NCBI RefSeq assembly: GCF_036321535.1
Contig: NC_087437.1
Location: 83,640,001 to 83,704,000, forward strand
DNA from: Camelus dromedarius
Lineage: Eukaryota
Direction of reading: 5' to 3'
DNA length: 64,000 bases
Position 1 is the stretch's first letter, and each line of letters starts with the position of its first letter. Positions 1 to 13,400 of this stretch are shown piece after piece. The position numbers were made by a program, and so were the translations under genes. The notes beneath the pieces were generated by a model. That model was not told the origin of the DNA. It did no database searches and saw only the letters and a list, made by a program, of their open reading frames with translations.

Positions 1-3000
1 TGTAAGGTGGGAAAGAGAATATTTTGCTTCCTCAGAGGAATTTTTGGAGACTTCAAAGAAGCTAAGCAATTTATGCAAAAATGGAATGGCTTTTCACTTT
101 TGTTTGAAGTATCCCATTTGATGAAATTTTTAAAACTGAATAAACAGTAAGCAGTGGAAGTAACTATAAAAACATACGTTCACTATTTTGAATACAGAAA
201 GTCTAATGGAGGATTTTCTTTTGGTATTTCCATTCATAAGAAAGTAAGAGTTTGCTTTCTCCAGCAGACTTTATGATATATATGACCGATATTAGACAAA
301 AGAAGAGTAGCAACTTCAAAAATTATAACTTCTAGCCACTGTGTTATGGTTTTTGGCTTCCACTTCTCTGAGAATTGGAAAGTTATAAGCACTATTAGAG
401 AGACTGAATAGAAATATAAAATATAAAGCAGTTCTCTTTTAATACTTTAACCAACTGAAAAGAGAAGGCCATCTCCTTGAAAGAATATAAGCATTTAGAG
501 AACATAAGATATAATGTACAACTAATATGCAGGTACCATATTTTTGGAACATTTAAGACCGTGTAAAATTTATGTATCTGTATAAAAGCATAAACTGATT
601 CTAAAAGACTACCATTTCAAGTCAGTTATTTTTACCTGCATTTTATATACACTGGTTTTACAGTTAATAAAGCAGAAGAAACAACTCTTAATTATTAATA
701 GGAGTGATTCATTAATATGTTTAAAGTGCTTTGACAGTCTAATAGTCAATGTTTTTTGGCAAATTCTTTAATTATATATATCTTAGAAATCAAAAGAACT
801 ATTAGGGAAATGTTAATAATTGTGATCATTTGGTTATTAATAAACTTTTAAAACTTTTAAAAAATAAATTTAAATTTTTGACATTTTAGTAACATTTCTT
901 TCTAGTTTTATATAGCACGATATATTTTAACAAATATTAGTGGACTTATTTATATTAGAGAGTCTCATCCTGAAAATGCATTTTAATTTCAAAATTACCA
1001 GTAAGAGTAACATGACATAAATTTCAATCACTGTTTTCTATTAATTTTTTGTTTTTTTAAGGAGGTAATTAATAGTTGTAACACAAACACCTCTTTGTAT
1101 TACCTTTTTGTCTTTTCGTCAGTTTTAATGGAACTTGGTCCATCTTCATGTTCTGCATTCATGCTCTGCCTCTGATTTTTTTTAAAAATAAGGTTATTAT
1201 AGAAGGTGTAACTAACATTTTAGGACACATAGACTGTTAATTAACAATTATTCTTTCAAAAGTCAAAATTAAGCTGTTGAAGTTTGTACTGCATACAAAA
1301 TTAAACCCAAGTATAGCTTGTGAAAAATGTCCAAAGTTATTCAAATTTCCAATGACACATTCTAAGGATGAGGTATAATTAACAAAATGATTAATAATGT
1401 ATCACAAATAAAGCATATATAGTAATCTTTAAAATCCAGTGTTACTCATACTCTTATTTGTTAGGAACACTCAGGTGTTTTGCCCCATCAAAAAAAAAGG
1501 CGCCCATTTCACATTTTGATTTTTTTTCTCTTGGAGGCATAAAATACCTAAAACTATATCAAAACTCCATACTTGTAAGAAGAAAATGAGATTTTTGCAT
1601 ATATTAATACAATTTTCTTTAAATACACATATATGGCATAGGAAGAAACAGCACATCAAAGCAAATCACAAACTTCAATGACAAACATTTATGCCTATTA
1701 AACCTTATTTTCCAAGCAATGAAGAAATTTTTTAAAAGCCTCATTCACTGTTTGTTTTTATATTGTCCATGAAATTCAGTATTGTTTTAAAGATACTTTT
1801 GAAGATATTGCAATAATAGCTCTAGGTAAAATACCAATGGATTTTCAAACAAGTTTGCTTTAACAATGTTCACATCAGTCACATCAACAAAAAATAGCTT
1901 GTTCAGTTGCAAGTCTGTTAGCAAATGAGTGGTCACCGATCTTGTCATAGAGCTTCTAAAGACCACAATTTTAAGCAGATTTATCTTAATGACAAAAGTA
2001 ACATGTGAGAATAAATAAAACATGTACAGTTAAATAAAAACTTCATTACTTTAATAATGATATTACTGGGTAAATAATTCTAAAGAGAGCAACAGTTACT
2101 ACTTTGTATAAAAAATTAACTGATATGATTAATGATATTCTGGCTTCTAAGTGAGTGAAGACATGTTTAAGTGAAAATTTAACAAAAACAATTTCTATCT
2201 AAATGCATACATTTCATTCTACAAATTACTAAATGTGGAAGAGTGTTAATTTATTGTAAAAGCAACTGAAGAGGACATTTTAAATTAGGTAAAAATCTTG
2301 AAAGTGTATTGTTTATTAATCTTTATGATTTAGCACTATTCACTCCATCTATCATGATTTCAAAAAGGTAAATGATATTTGGTCTTTTTAGAACAAAGGC
2401 AAAGTAAGACTGTTTTAAGGATGATGATCTATAAACATAGAAAAACGTGTATAGAAATGTTCGCATCAATATTGCTTGTCATGTAAGCTCATATTTAACT
2501 CATGATAACGAGGACATCTATCGTCAAAGTTAATAATGCCTAAATATAAAATTTGAATTAGATATATGAAAAATGAAGGTTCTCATGTCCTTGGAGTTTT
2601 CTTTATAACAATGTATTATTTTGGAATAAAAACAATTTTCCCTTCAACCAGGGCTAATGAGATGGAGACTCTGATGCTAACTAAACAGGAAACCTGAAGA
2701 GAGCTGTCTTCCTTTCATTATTGTGTTGGACACTTTAAAGCCATATCTCAGTTGTTCTGATTTATTATTTGAGTTGATAACTTACTATCTTAACCCAAAG
2801 TAAGTTTATCATGACAAATTAAAGACAGCCAGAGGTTACAAGTAATAGAGAAATATGGATAAGGACTGAGCTTGAGAGATTTTCACTAATTCTGATTATT
2901 TTTCTCATTTACAACTCCCAGGAAATTGTGTCGTTAATCTGTATTTTATTTTCCAATCAAAAGTAGAAACCACATCTTTATATATTACATTTAAAAGCTA

Positions 3001-6000
3001 TCTTTCATCCTCATCTGTCAGGTAATTTTCCTTTAATGCCTTTGTTATTCTTAAGGATGAATTAAGTCTAAAAGATAGTGGAATTCTTCTTTGAGATTTT
3101 TTCCCTTTTCAATGAAACAAATAAAAAATGCTCTTAGTAATATAGAGATTTAATATTCTGATAAACCAGTGTGGAAATTCAAGCATGAACCTTCTTTGTT
3201 TTGCCAAGAAAGAAACTTTGCTTTCAATGGGCAAGTGCAAAAACATAATAAAATGGAGGTAACTTGGTACCATTAAGAGACACACAACACTTCGTATTTG
3301 CCAGATTCTTTTCTAAGAGATGAAGTTTATTTATTTTTTTAGTAGTGCTTTGCTACCAATAGTAATTGAAAGGTTTTTTTTTTAATGTTTTGTTTCACTT
3401 TTAAAAACAATAATTTTGAAACAACACTTATAAGCTAAAGAACACTTTCAAATCTACTCTAAAAATCCTAAAAAAACCAGTGTCACCCAAGTCTTTCAAT
3501 TAAGATGTAAATATCCTTTTTTAAACATTGTATATAAATCATCATTAATTTGAAATTGAATCTAATTATTAGTCAGAAGAAAGAGGATTAGTTAAAATTA
3601 CATTTTGATGATCTGGATCCTCTTCTGGACCTTTTGACCTTTTCCCTGAGGAGACATGTATGTATCATATGTGTCCTCTTATAATATAAAAAATATATTT
3701 TATCCTAAGAAATCTTTGAAACACTTGTCTAGTATTTGCCTTTTTAAGGGAACAGAAAAATGGGGTATTTACTCTTCTGCAAGATAAGACTTTTCTTTTT
3801 CTTTATTTCATCTAGTAATATGTAGATCTGGTCATGAGTAATCATCTCTTTCCCTTGTTAAATATATCATGTTTGAAAGAATTTTATGTAACCATTGCAG
3901 GTGTATACTTACTATTACATTTCCTAAGACCAGTGAATTGACTTGGGCAAGAGTGTGTCCCAGAATTGTTTTTGAAAAATGGCTGATGTTGTCTAATTTG
4001 AGGCCTCTTTGAGTGAGTCTACATGTGAACTGAAAAGTTTGCCACGAGAAAGCAGACATCTGACTCCTGAGGAGGATCAGCTGTTAACAAGAGAGATCGT
4101 CTTAGAGAATCCAGCAGGTGTGCTCCCCTCTGCCATAGGAAGTGTGGAGTGTTCTGTGAAAATCTGAGGTCCAGAACATTTCTTTCCATTGGGATTGCAA
4201 ATCCAATTCACACTGGACAAGGTTTTACTTACTTAATGTATTTTTGTTTTATGAAAAGAACTAACCCTTAGTGACATGGCAGTCACAGCCAGCATAGCAG
4301 ATAGGCTCTGACTTCTAAGTTTTAAGCTTAAGAGTTACTTAGAAAATAAGGACAGTATAGTCAAACTCATCTTTGCCATAAAATTTTATGCATGTAGGAG
4401 ACACCTTATAGATATTTGTTACATTGAACTAAATAAAGCTTACACTGCCTTTATTGAGCATTATATAAAAATTGAAAATCTGTCAAAAATACTGATCATA
4501 AAAACCAAACATTGGGTGACTTCAGTGCCTGGTATTCTAATGGAAGAATACCATCAATCTGACCCAGTGTACTCCTCTACCTTTTGGAGTCTTCATATAA
4601 AAAGCTTTAAAATATTCTTGGATTGAATGTGAATATCAGACTTTTCTAATTAATGGAATTTGAGCTTGGAAGTTAAGGTGATGATACTAAAAGAAGTGAT
4701 GACATCTGATTCTAATCTCTTTGTTATATAAAGACATGTATACCAATCTTGAGTTGATAATAACAGTTTTTGATTCTTAAAATATTCATTTCTTTTAAGT
4801 TAATAATATATTTTCTTAGCTAAAGTGGTAGAAAAGGATTATCTTCATCCATCTTGAAATTATTTTCAAAGCACTTAATTTCCAGTTAATGAAAAGCCAG
4901 AACTCATACTCATTGTGCAAATGCTCCCATTTGTGTGGTAGGACCCAAAATATTAAAGTATGACTTTTGCTACATTCCTTTTTTCCTCCACCCTCTGCCT
5001 CTTCTAAGGAGATCTGTAGGATATTTGTAGATTTTCTGTGCTAATTTTCTTTAGTTGATATGGAGAGGAGTGGTAGAAGCTGAGAAAGGAAAAAAAAGAT
5101 GGGATGGAGGAATACAGAGAGAGGAATGGAAGGAGCTGGGAAAGAATGTTGTAGAAAACTTAATAAGGGAACAGAAAAAAAGAGACCTAGTACTGGTGAA
5201 AATTTTGAGGTAAGGGATTTAACTGGCTGCTTTACAGAACAGAAACTTGTTAGGGCAAGTTAGAAAAATGGATTTTTAAGGAAATTGTGGTTGGGAGATA
5301 GGTAATGTAATGTGTTCTTCACCACCTCTTCAGAAGACCTTCTGTAAAGATTTTGCTTTCGAAGGATTGGATTTGGATTTGTTTTTCATTCATGGGCTAA
5401 AATAGGCCTTAAAGCTGTAGCTGGAAAACTCTTTTCTTCAGATGATAGCTGGATAGATTTTAAAGAGTAATACGAAGTGAAATAAGATAAATCTTTTTTG
5501 ATTGTGGCATGCATAACTTATTTATCTAAAGTTATAAGATAAGTCAGTGCAAAAGTGCTGTGATTCTTAATTCTTGTTAGGCCAAGAGCTTTGCAATTTC
5601 TGATGGCTTTTTTAGTGTCATGATTTACATACCTAATCTCTCTTCTTGATTGTGCATTGTTTTTACAATTTTTTTCAGTTATGTCTTATACTATGAGAGA
5701 ACGAGTTGGCTAGAGACTGGAAACTGACCACCCAGAAAATAAAATGAAAACAGTTCCTTCAACTGTCCGATTTTCAAAATCCAAAAAGCCCCTCAGTAGT
5801 ATAGCCTAGGACATTTAAAATAAAGCAGTTACTGAATGTATATGCATATTTTGTTATCAAAGATTACTTCTGAAGGCTTGGGATTTATGGTAGGTACTTA
5901 TTTTCTGTCTATAATTAAGTTCTATGCTTATGTATATTAAACAGTTTTAATTACTGAATATGTGCACTAGTAAATCTCAAAATATTTCATGTAAAAATTC

Positions 6001-8501
6001 TGAGTCTGTGATTGGTAGGCAGTAAAGAAATAGATATCCTTATTTTTTAATGTTTTTGTTTAATCTTGCACACCTTGCTCTGACCATGATGAGGTTTAAA
6101 TTTACAGTAAAGATTATCATGCTTACAGTTCCAAAAAATATAAATGTAATATAAATGTAAATTGTAAAGAGGATTTGGGGTAAGAGACAAAGTGAAAAGG
6201 CCATTTTATAATACTAGAGAATGGTGTTTGGGAAGAAAAAAAAGTATAAATTAATAGATATAGAATAGGATCATTGGACTTTTTAAAGAAAAAATATCTT
6301 AACAGAGAACTTTAATCTTTCAAGCACTGAATGCCCATCCCATAGAAGTTTAAATAATTTATAGACTTTATTTCATCAAAGAATACAGATGTTGCTGACA
6401 GAGTCCTATGGAAGACCATAATTATTCTATTCCTTATTTTTCTAAATATTTTTTGTTGTATTATAAAAATAAATATATATATGATTAATAAATTTAATCT
6501 GTTTTACATCTGTTCTTATTTAATATATATTTGAAGACAGGTAAATATGGAAATTTTGTATTTCCTCTAAATGTATCTGGGTTTGTGTAAATGTATCAAG
6601 CAAACTGCAGCTAGTCTGTGAGTGATGCATGACCGTGCAGGTGATGGCTGGAAAATGTTGCTAGCTATTTCTGACACACTTACTTAAAAAGTGATGGATT
6701 TCCCACTTTTTTCTGTTTTAGTGTACTTTAAGGAATACTTTAAAAACTCTTCCTTCTAGCTCTCTCTCTTTTTTTAATGAGAGAAATTTAGCTGTGGTAG
6801 GCAAAAAATCAGGAGATAAATCAGCAAAAGAAAATATGTGGAAGGGTCTAGTCTAATGGGACAATCAACAAATCTTAAAATAAGGAAAAGAGAAAAAGCA
6901 AGGCTCCTTTTATAGCAAGAAAGCTACTATCGCTAAAAAAATGTAATTTAGGTAGGAATCTGAGAATATGGGTAGGGCACCTTTATCTCTGAGATCAAAT
7001 AAAAACTAATTTTAATTAAATCAGCATCTTCAGACAACCTGGTCTTTTTTCTCTTAACACATTCTCCCTACTCTCCCACCTAGCACAGCCATCATTTTTT
7101 TAGTTTCACAGGAAACAGCTGATTCTATAATTGAATTTTTTCATAAGACAGTACTATTTTGATAAGCTGACTCAGCTTAATTCAATGAAAAGTGTATTTG
7201 CCTGTTTTTGCAGATTATGGCAACAGTACACCTTAGCTGTGTTTACATTTTTATGTTACTGTATCAAGGACCCGGATTGACACACAATTCATATATGCTC
7301 CTGTGCTAGTTTGGTTTATATCCTCTTTGGTGTATGCAATGGCATACCTGTCTCTTGGAAGGTTTGGAAAACAGCTCAGCATGTTCATGTAACTTATTTT
7401 TATGAGTGAAACATAAAAATTCTTAAATTTGCAAAATGCACCAATATCAGACAGTCAGCTAGATGTGCCTATTTTCTTGGGCTACCATATAGCTATCATA
7501 AAATTCTGCTTAAATTAAATTAATTATTATTTTTACATTTAATCTAAGGCTATAATCTTAGATCTTTTATTCAAAGCAACCGAGAATAACTAATTTCCTC
7601 AGTGCTTTGATAATTACTTTTGCAAATTTGTGAAGATGAACCAAGGGAACAGTCATGGATTTACTCCATGCTTCACTCTAGGAAAACCTTTAGAGCAAAA
7701 AACTCACTCTTGGTCTTTCCAGGGGTGATTTTTGAAAGGTAGTAGAGAAGTATATTATAGTTAGTAAAAAAAAAAAATTAGAAGAGAAAGCCTCTAAACC
7801 ACCACCTACTCTGAAATATGTGGGACACAATAAAAAGAATTAAAGAAAAAAAAAAAGACAAATCAAGACTTAGAAGATTTAAAAACACAGTATGTTTCCC
7901 CTCGCCCTCATGGATGACTCTCGTCTCACCATAGTCACACCTCATAAGAATTCACTACATGAGATCGTTGGTCTTTTCTGAAAAGAATTCTGACAACATC
8001 AGATATCACCAGTTAAACAATTATAGAATAAAGCAACACTATGACCCACAGAGCTGAATATAATTATCTAAAAAACAAATATCCATGTCAATTTGAATGC
8101 TACTTGATCACAAAACATGAAAGAAAGAAAGGTCAATTACTTCTTTTTCATCTACCATCAGACTCTAAATATATCATTAAGGAAGCCACAACTGAGCAAA
8201 TTCCTTTGCGTTAAGTCCTTGAACACTTCTGAAATACTGTTGTACAAAGTTACACATCCATGCTGAGTTATTTACCATTGTGTAGTGATAATCTGCAGTG
8301 GGTTTGATTTGCAGCTTATTCAGAGAAGAACTATGAAGAGTGATTTTAAAATCCAGGTTGGAAGCATAAACTAAAGGTGTGTGCCCGTAGTCTGAACAGG
8401 AGACTGCAGTTTGTGAAGTGATGTTTGGAGAATCAGAAGAGAGGGTGGTAGAGAGGATATCAGAAATGCTGAGGCACAAAACACAGGTGCTTATAGTACG
8501 T
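1..8501 (-). other. EPHA6: Putative EPHA6 3'UTR / downstream region (end not determinable)
   Basis: Follows the stop codon; very AT-rich with no clearly recognisable interspersed repeats. Several minus-strand AATAAA (plus-strand tttatt at e.g. 7566-7571, 4450-4455, 3802-3807). Confidence 0.55.
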
Positions 8502-8616
8502 TCATACATGAAATCCTTTCTCCTGTATGTGCATCATGTGTAAACGTAAAGTCTGTATACTGCTGACTATTCGTCTCTGGTGTCCAATGAGTATGACTCC
8601 AATTCTTCTAATGTCA
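8502..8616 (-). CDS. EPHA6: EPH receptor A6, coding part of last exon (end of SAM domain, PDZ-binding motif, TGA stop)
   Basis: tctcacag|T GAC ATT...; (D)DIRRIGVILIGHQRRIVSSIQTLRLHMMHIQEKGFHV*. The C-terminus ...HIQEKGFHV matches EPHA6 as I recall it and distinguishes it from other Eph receptors. Confidence 0.98.
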
Positions 8617-8625
8617 CTGTGAGAT

Positions 8626-8677
8626 TGAGGGAGAGAGAGAGAGAGGGAGGGAGGGAGAGAGAGAGAGAGAGAGAGAG
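8626..8677. repeat. (GA)n/(GGGA)n microsatellite; reads (TC)n on the gene strand, next to the last acceptor
   Basis: Directly visible gagagaga...gggagggaggg...gagaga run. Confidence 0.95.
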
Positions 8678-9078
8678 TGAATGTGAACATTTAGGTCTGG
8701 TAAGTACATAGAGAGGAAATGAACATTTAGATATGGTAGCTCTGCCCCATGTTAGACTTGCTTGAAGAATTTGCCAAAAATTGTATATCTGCTAAAATGA
8801 GAGTTTAAGTAGGAATATAAATGAACATCAGGAGTCTTAACATGTTTCTTTTCCCTAGTGCCAGAGAGTGCATCAAATCAACCTCAAATTTAAGGGTACA
8901 AAGAATTCAGGTACCAATGTAATGTTCAGAAATTTCATAAGCCTAATGGTTATATAATCCATATAATTATACAAATTTTCAACAGAATTAGCAAAATAGC
9001 ATGTAGGATAGAAAGTATAATGTGGACTTCATTTGTATTCTCATGGTCTTTTAATAATCTGAAAAAAATTCCATTGTA

Positions 9079-9146
9079 TTACGTTGAACAATATGAATTG
9101 CCATTACTATTTCAAAACAATGGCAATTTCACATAGCTCAATCTAC
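9079..9146. mobile_element. MADE2-like Tc1/mariner MITE
   Basis: Inverted arms ttacgttgaacaatatgaattgccatt ... aatggcaatttcacatagctcaatcta, flanked by TA on both sides; resembles the MADE2 consensus ttaggttgaaccatatgaaattgcc. Confidence 0.75.
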
Positions 9147-9659
9147 TAGTTTTAGTACCTATCCTTTAAGCATATGCTGAGCATTTTCACTGCACCTAAG
9201 GCAAAGGATAATCTTTGAGGCAGTGTAAAAATGCCCAGCCATTACAATATAGAGAAAAAGCTCTGGTAGGACATGGTTATACTGTATTATCACAATGATT
9301 ACATTTGATGAAGGTAATAGTAATTCATTTAGTCTACATGACTCATAAATAATTTGCCAGGGTAAAACTATGTTGATGTAAGGTCTACAACGTGAACAAG
9401 AGTAATATGCATTTTAGAAAGCATTTAAAATTTTTAAAATAGCTATCTGAGTTAAATATATTATTTCAAAGGAAAATAGTTAAAAGTGTAATGTCCAATT
9501 TTCACTAAAATGATCATGAGAAATGGTGAGGAAAGATGTGGAAATACCATACTAGTGTTAGGAAAGTTAGTTTAACCATGATGTTCTTGATACAGTATTT
9601 GAATTTATAATCTCCTGAGTGGAGCATCTAAGTATAATAATAAATCTGGTATCACCTAC

Positions 9660-9809
9660 TCGATGCTCATTCTTGAAATCAGGTCAAAAGTCGTAAACCC
9701 TGCTGCCATGAAATTATTCTTATATTGCCCCATCTTTATAGAATCCAGCCAGTCACCAACTGTCACAAACAAAGGATATTCGGGAACTTCGCCAGGGGAC
9801 TCTGGCATT
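9660..9809 (-). CDS. EPHA6: EPH receptor A6, penultimate 150-nt exon (linker and N-terminal part of SAM domain)
   Basis: cccttgtag|A ATG CCA...ATC GA|gtaggt; (V)MPESPGEVPEYPLFVTVGDWLDSIKMGQYKNNFMAAGFTTFDLISRMSI(D). Phase 2/2. The VGDWLDSIKMGQY motif is characteristic of Eph SAM domains. Confidence 0.98.
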
Positions 9810-9818
9810 CTACAAGGG

Positions 9819-9853
9819 AAAAACAAACAAACAAACAAACAGACAGACAAAAA
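9819..9853. repeat. (AAAC)n/(AGAC)n microsatellite next to the penultimate exon acceptor
   Basis: aaacaaacaaacaaacaaacagacagacaaaa. Confidence 0.9.
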
Positions 9854-10424
9854 CCCGTGGAGACCATTTAAAAGCCAGATACTGCAAAAAATACCCAACT
9901 TTATTTTTCAATTTTACAATATTCTTATACCCAAGTTTTTCATCCTCCATGGAAAATTAGAGATTTAAAATTTTTCCATCATATTCAAATCAGCCATTTT
10001 TATCTGGTCAGTTTCACTTGTCAGTTTCTTTTGTCTTTTCCTGCTTTTTGCCATGACTGGGTTTTTATACTTGATGTATCTTGAGAAAACTCACATCTTG
10101 CTAACTTCTCTTTACTTTTTTCTCTGGCATGAAATTGTGTTTTAAAACTTGAGGAACAGCCCAAAAGAAAGTAACTAGCCACACATAGGCTATTCACTCT
10201 TAAACTTTCCAACCTGCCACCAAATCCACACTGTTTTGTCTTTTTCACAATTGCTGATAGCCCCTTCTCTTTTTTACGGTGAATTCATTGATTAAACTTC
10301 CATTTATTTGTTTTCAAACATTCAACGAAAATATTATTCTTTACTAAAAAGTAATTTCTGCTGTCAGAGAGCTCAATTGCATGAATCAGATGTACATACA
10401 TCCTAGCATAGGGTAATACAGCCT

Positions 10425-10466
10425 AAAGCATAGATATTAAGTACAAAAGCATAGATATAAAGTACA
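10425..10466. repeat. 21-bp tandem duplication
   Basis: aaagcatagatattaagtaca / aaagcatagatataaagtaca (1 mismatch). Confidence 0.85.
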
Positions 10467-13400
10467 AAACTAAAGCAAAATCAGTGGAAGTCTGGGTTAG
10501 TAGGAAAAAAGAAACCCAGCACCGATGGGTCTTTTAAGTGATACAGAAATCTGTATTTCTGTTCCTAAGATCTGATGCAAAGGGCATTCCAGCTGGGGAT
10601 ATTTTTTTAGTTTTAATATAAAAATTATATCAAGGTATTATTTTGAAGAGGCTAGTGAATTTTGTGTACAAAAAGAGTTTTATATAAGCTAAAGCCAGAA
10701 TAAAAGTGGAAATAACCTCAGAAATTATAGTAAAATATTTATTATCCCTCTAGGGTAATAAATATATCATTTAAAAATTATTAGGTCTAGAGTTTATATT
10801 AAATAGTAAATCAATAGCAATTTTTTTAACGTTTGGTGTTTGAGTCAATCAGTATTTTCTAAGTAATGAAAAATTTCCCATTAGAAGTAAACCACTGAAT
10901 TATTTTTATATTGAATATTGAAGGTTAATCCAATTTTCATTTACTTTGCTTTTAATATTTTACAAAGTTAAAGGATGACGGAATCCACAGAGGCTTAACT
11001 AGAGCCAGAGTTTTCAGCAATAATATTTGGAATATTTCATCTAAATAGTTTTACCATTCATATTTGAACTATTTCAACTTTAACTACAAACTAATAACAT
11101 ACGACCACATATGATTAAACCACATGAAATAAGAATTTCTCTACTGTGAAGCAGAATGGCATATGCATGCTATATAAACCTGGTATTGCTCTGTTAAGAC
11201 TACATGGGAGTGGGAGTTAGGTTCTTGGGTGAAAATTGAAATTCTCTAACAATCAAAATTACCTTAAAAGTCCTTTAAATTACCATTAAATCACGTGGAC
11301 CTGGGTTTTTAGAAGCATAAAAGCCAGAGATGTACTGCACAGCCATATAAATTGTGCACTGTGATTCCCAAAGACCCTAAAATGCCCCTAGGGATTGTTC
11401 AAGACACAGTCCCTACTAAAGACCTGAAACTAGTTTCTTTGGTTTTCCTTTGACTGCTACATTGACTTCCCTTTTTCTAAACTATTTTCTAGTTGAAGGT
11501 GGGTGGAGGGGTGAAGGATGACAAGGAAATCCAGGGGTTTTCGCTCTTTCTATATAATTGAAATTTGCATAAACTAAATGCATGTGTCTTGTGATCACAC
11601 CTCAGTCCCTACTGAGTCTGATTACCTTTCACAGAGACTTGTGTCCTTTTTACTACTACTCTATTCTGTAACCATATTCTCTATTTTGGAGGCTGTTAAG
11701 CCACATTCTGTTTTCCTGTACTATAAGTTGCAATGCTATTTGATCATGGACTATTTCATTCTAATTAATATCAGAATGATTTATAATTTGACCCTAAACA
11801 AAGTTTAGTTATGTTCAAAGATTGAAAAGCTATCATAGCATCTACCAGTAAACACTGTAATTATTGCTATATTTCTTTGTTTCCTAGAGGTTTATACTAA
11901 TAAGTATTATCAAATAAATACAAGTTCGTATATAAATACAAAATAATAAAGGTCTCCATGGCAAATAGAGTTAAACAGGGTTTTTAATTGTGGCATCTCT
12001 TAGAGTCTTCACTATTCTAATATGCAGTATGAATATGTAGGAGGATTCAGAATAGCTTCTGCACTATTTTCCCAAATTATCTGACCAGTTTCTATGGAAC
12101 ATACTTTAGGAAAGACTGCGGTAGTAAGTTCACTGACCAAGTTTAAGTATCAAAATGATCAGGGTATCCTTACTGCTTATAAACATAAACAAAACCACAC
12201 ACGTTAGAAAACTGAATGTCCTATTTCAAAACAATGTGACTCTCATATCTTTTAATTACTTGTCAGAGAAATTTGTTGAAACTGAACAAAATTAAAAGCA
12301 TGTGTCTAAGTGACTTTCTCTTCATCCTCCTAGGCCATTCTTGATGCACAGACAGTCAGATGACTTCCACTTCTCTCTCCTGAGATAACTCTGGAATAAT
12401 TCTTGAGCTTTCACAATTTCATATGATCGGTGAGTGGAAATGTAATTTGCTAATTTTATGTCTTTAGTATAGAAAGGTCATGGAAGGACATTCTGTACAC
12501 CAAATGACTTAAAATGGCCTATTTCTCTGTTGAAAAGCATCTACTGTCTGCTCCCACAATGTTTCAATACCATAATTTCCTTTCTCTCCACACATCTTTA
12601 GTAACCTAGTTACTCTTTGGCCTTTATACGACTGCATTGGCAGCTGATTTAGTAAGGTCAGGGTCCCCTGATTGTTCACAGCCTCTGGGAAATAACTTTT
12701 CTTTCCCCTTATAACGAAGTTGAAAAATGCTGCTATCTTCTGGCTTTGAGGGCTGGGCACCATCACCCGCACATGAATTCTCTGGAATATTACCTAACAA
12801 ACAATAAATGCCCTTTCTTATCAACCACATACAATGATAAATTCAGTCTGCTATTTGCTGAGCATGTAGAAATTTCTGCTGTTGGATGATTAGTGGGAGC
12901 TGCCCACCTGAGAAATGTCTTTACAGCAAAACCTGTAACTCACATAAAAAGTACATATTGTAGAACAGAAGGTCAAATGTCTACTACTTTCCTCAGAAAA
13001 ATAAGAAGGGGGTAGAATTAAGACATTCGAGGTATAAATTATAGTCCATTTAGATTGGAGAAAGGGCTGAGCTATAGCTAGAATAGGTCATACTATAGTT
13101 TCAGGTGCAATAAATACATAATCCCAATATATCTAACATGTAAAAATGAACCGCATGGATAGGGCCAGGAAGTGTTTATTCTAGTGAGCCCTTTGAGTTC
13201 ACAATCGTACCAGTCTTTTACTTTAGAGAGCTCTTAGGTTGCCAGTAGGTATCAAAACTCCTGGTAAAAAGCAGGAGGGTTTTTACTCTCCTAAGTTTTC
13301 CAAGTTTCATACCCATCATGTAAATATAAAAGTAATAGACATATTAATAATGATTCAAGAAAGGTTATGTTTTGAGAAACACTATTCCAAGGTAGGATCT

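Noticed and set aside
9663..9968. Plus-strand ORFs at 9663-9968, 20500-20709 and 35556-35867
   Set aside because: Antisense shadows overlapping real EPHA6 exons
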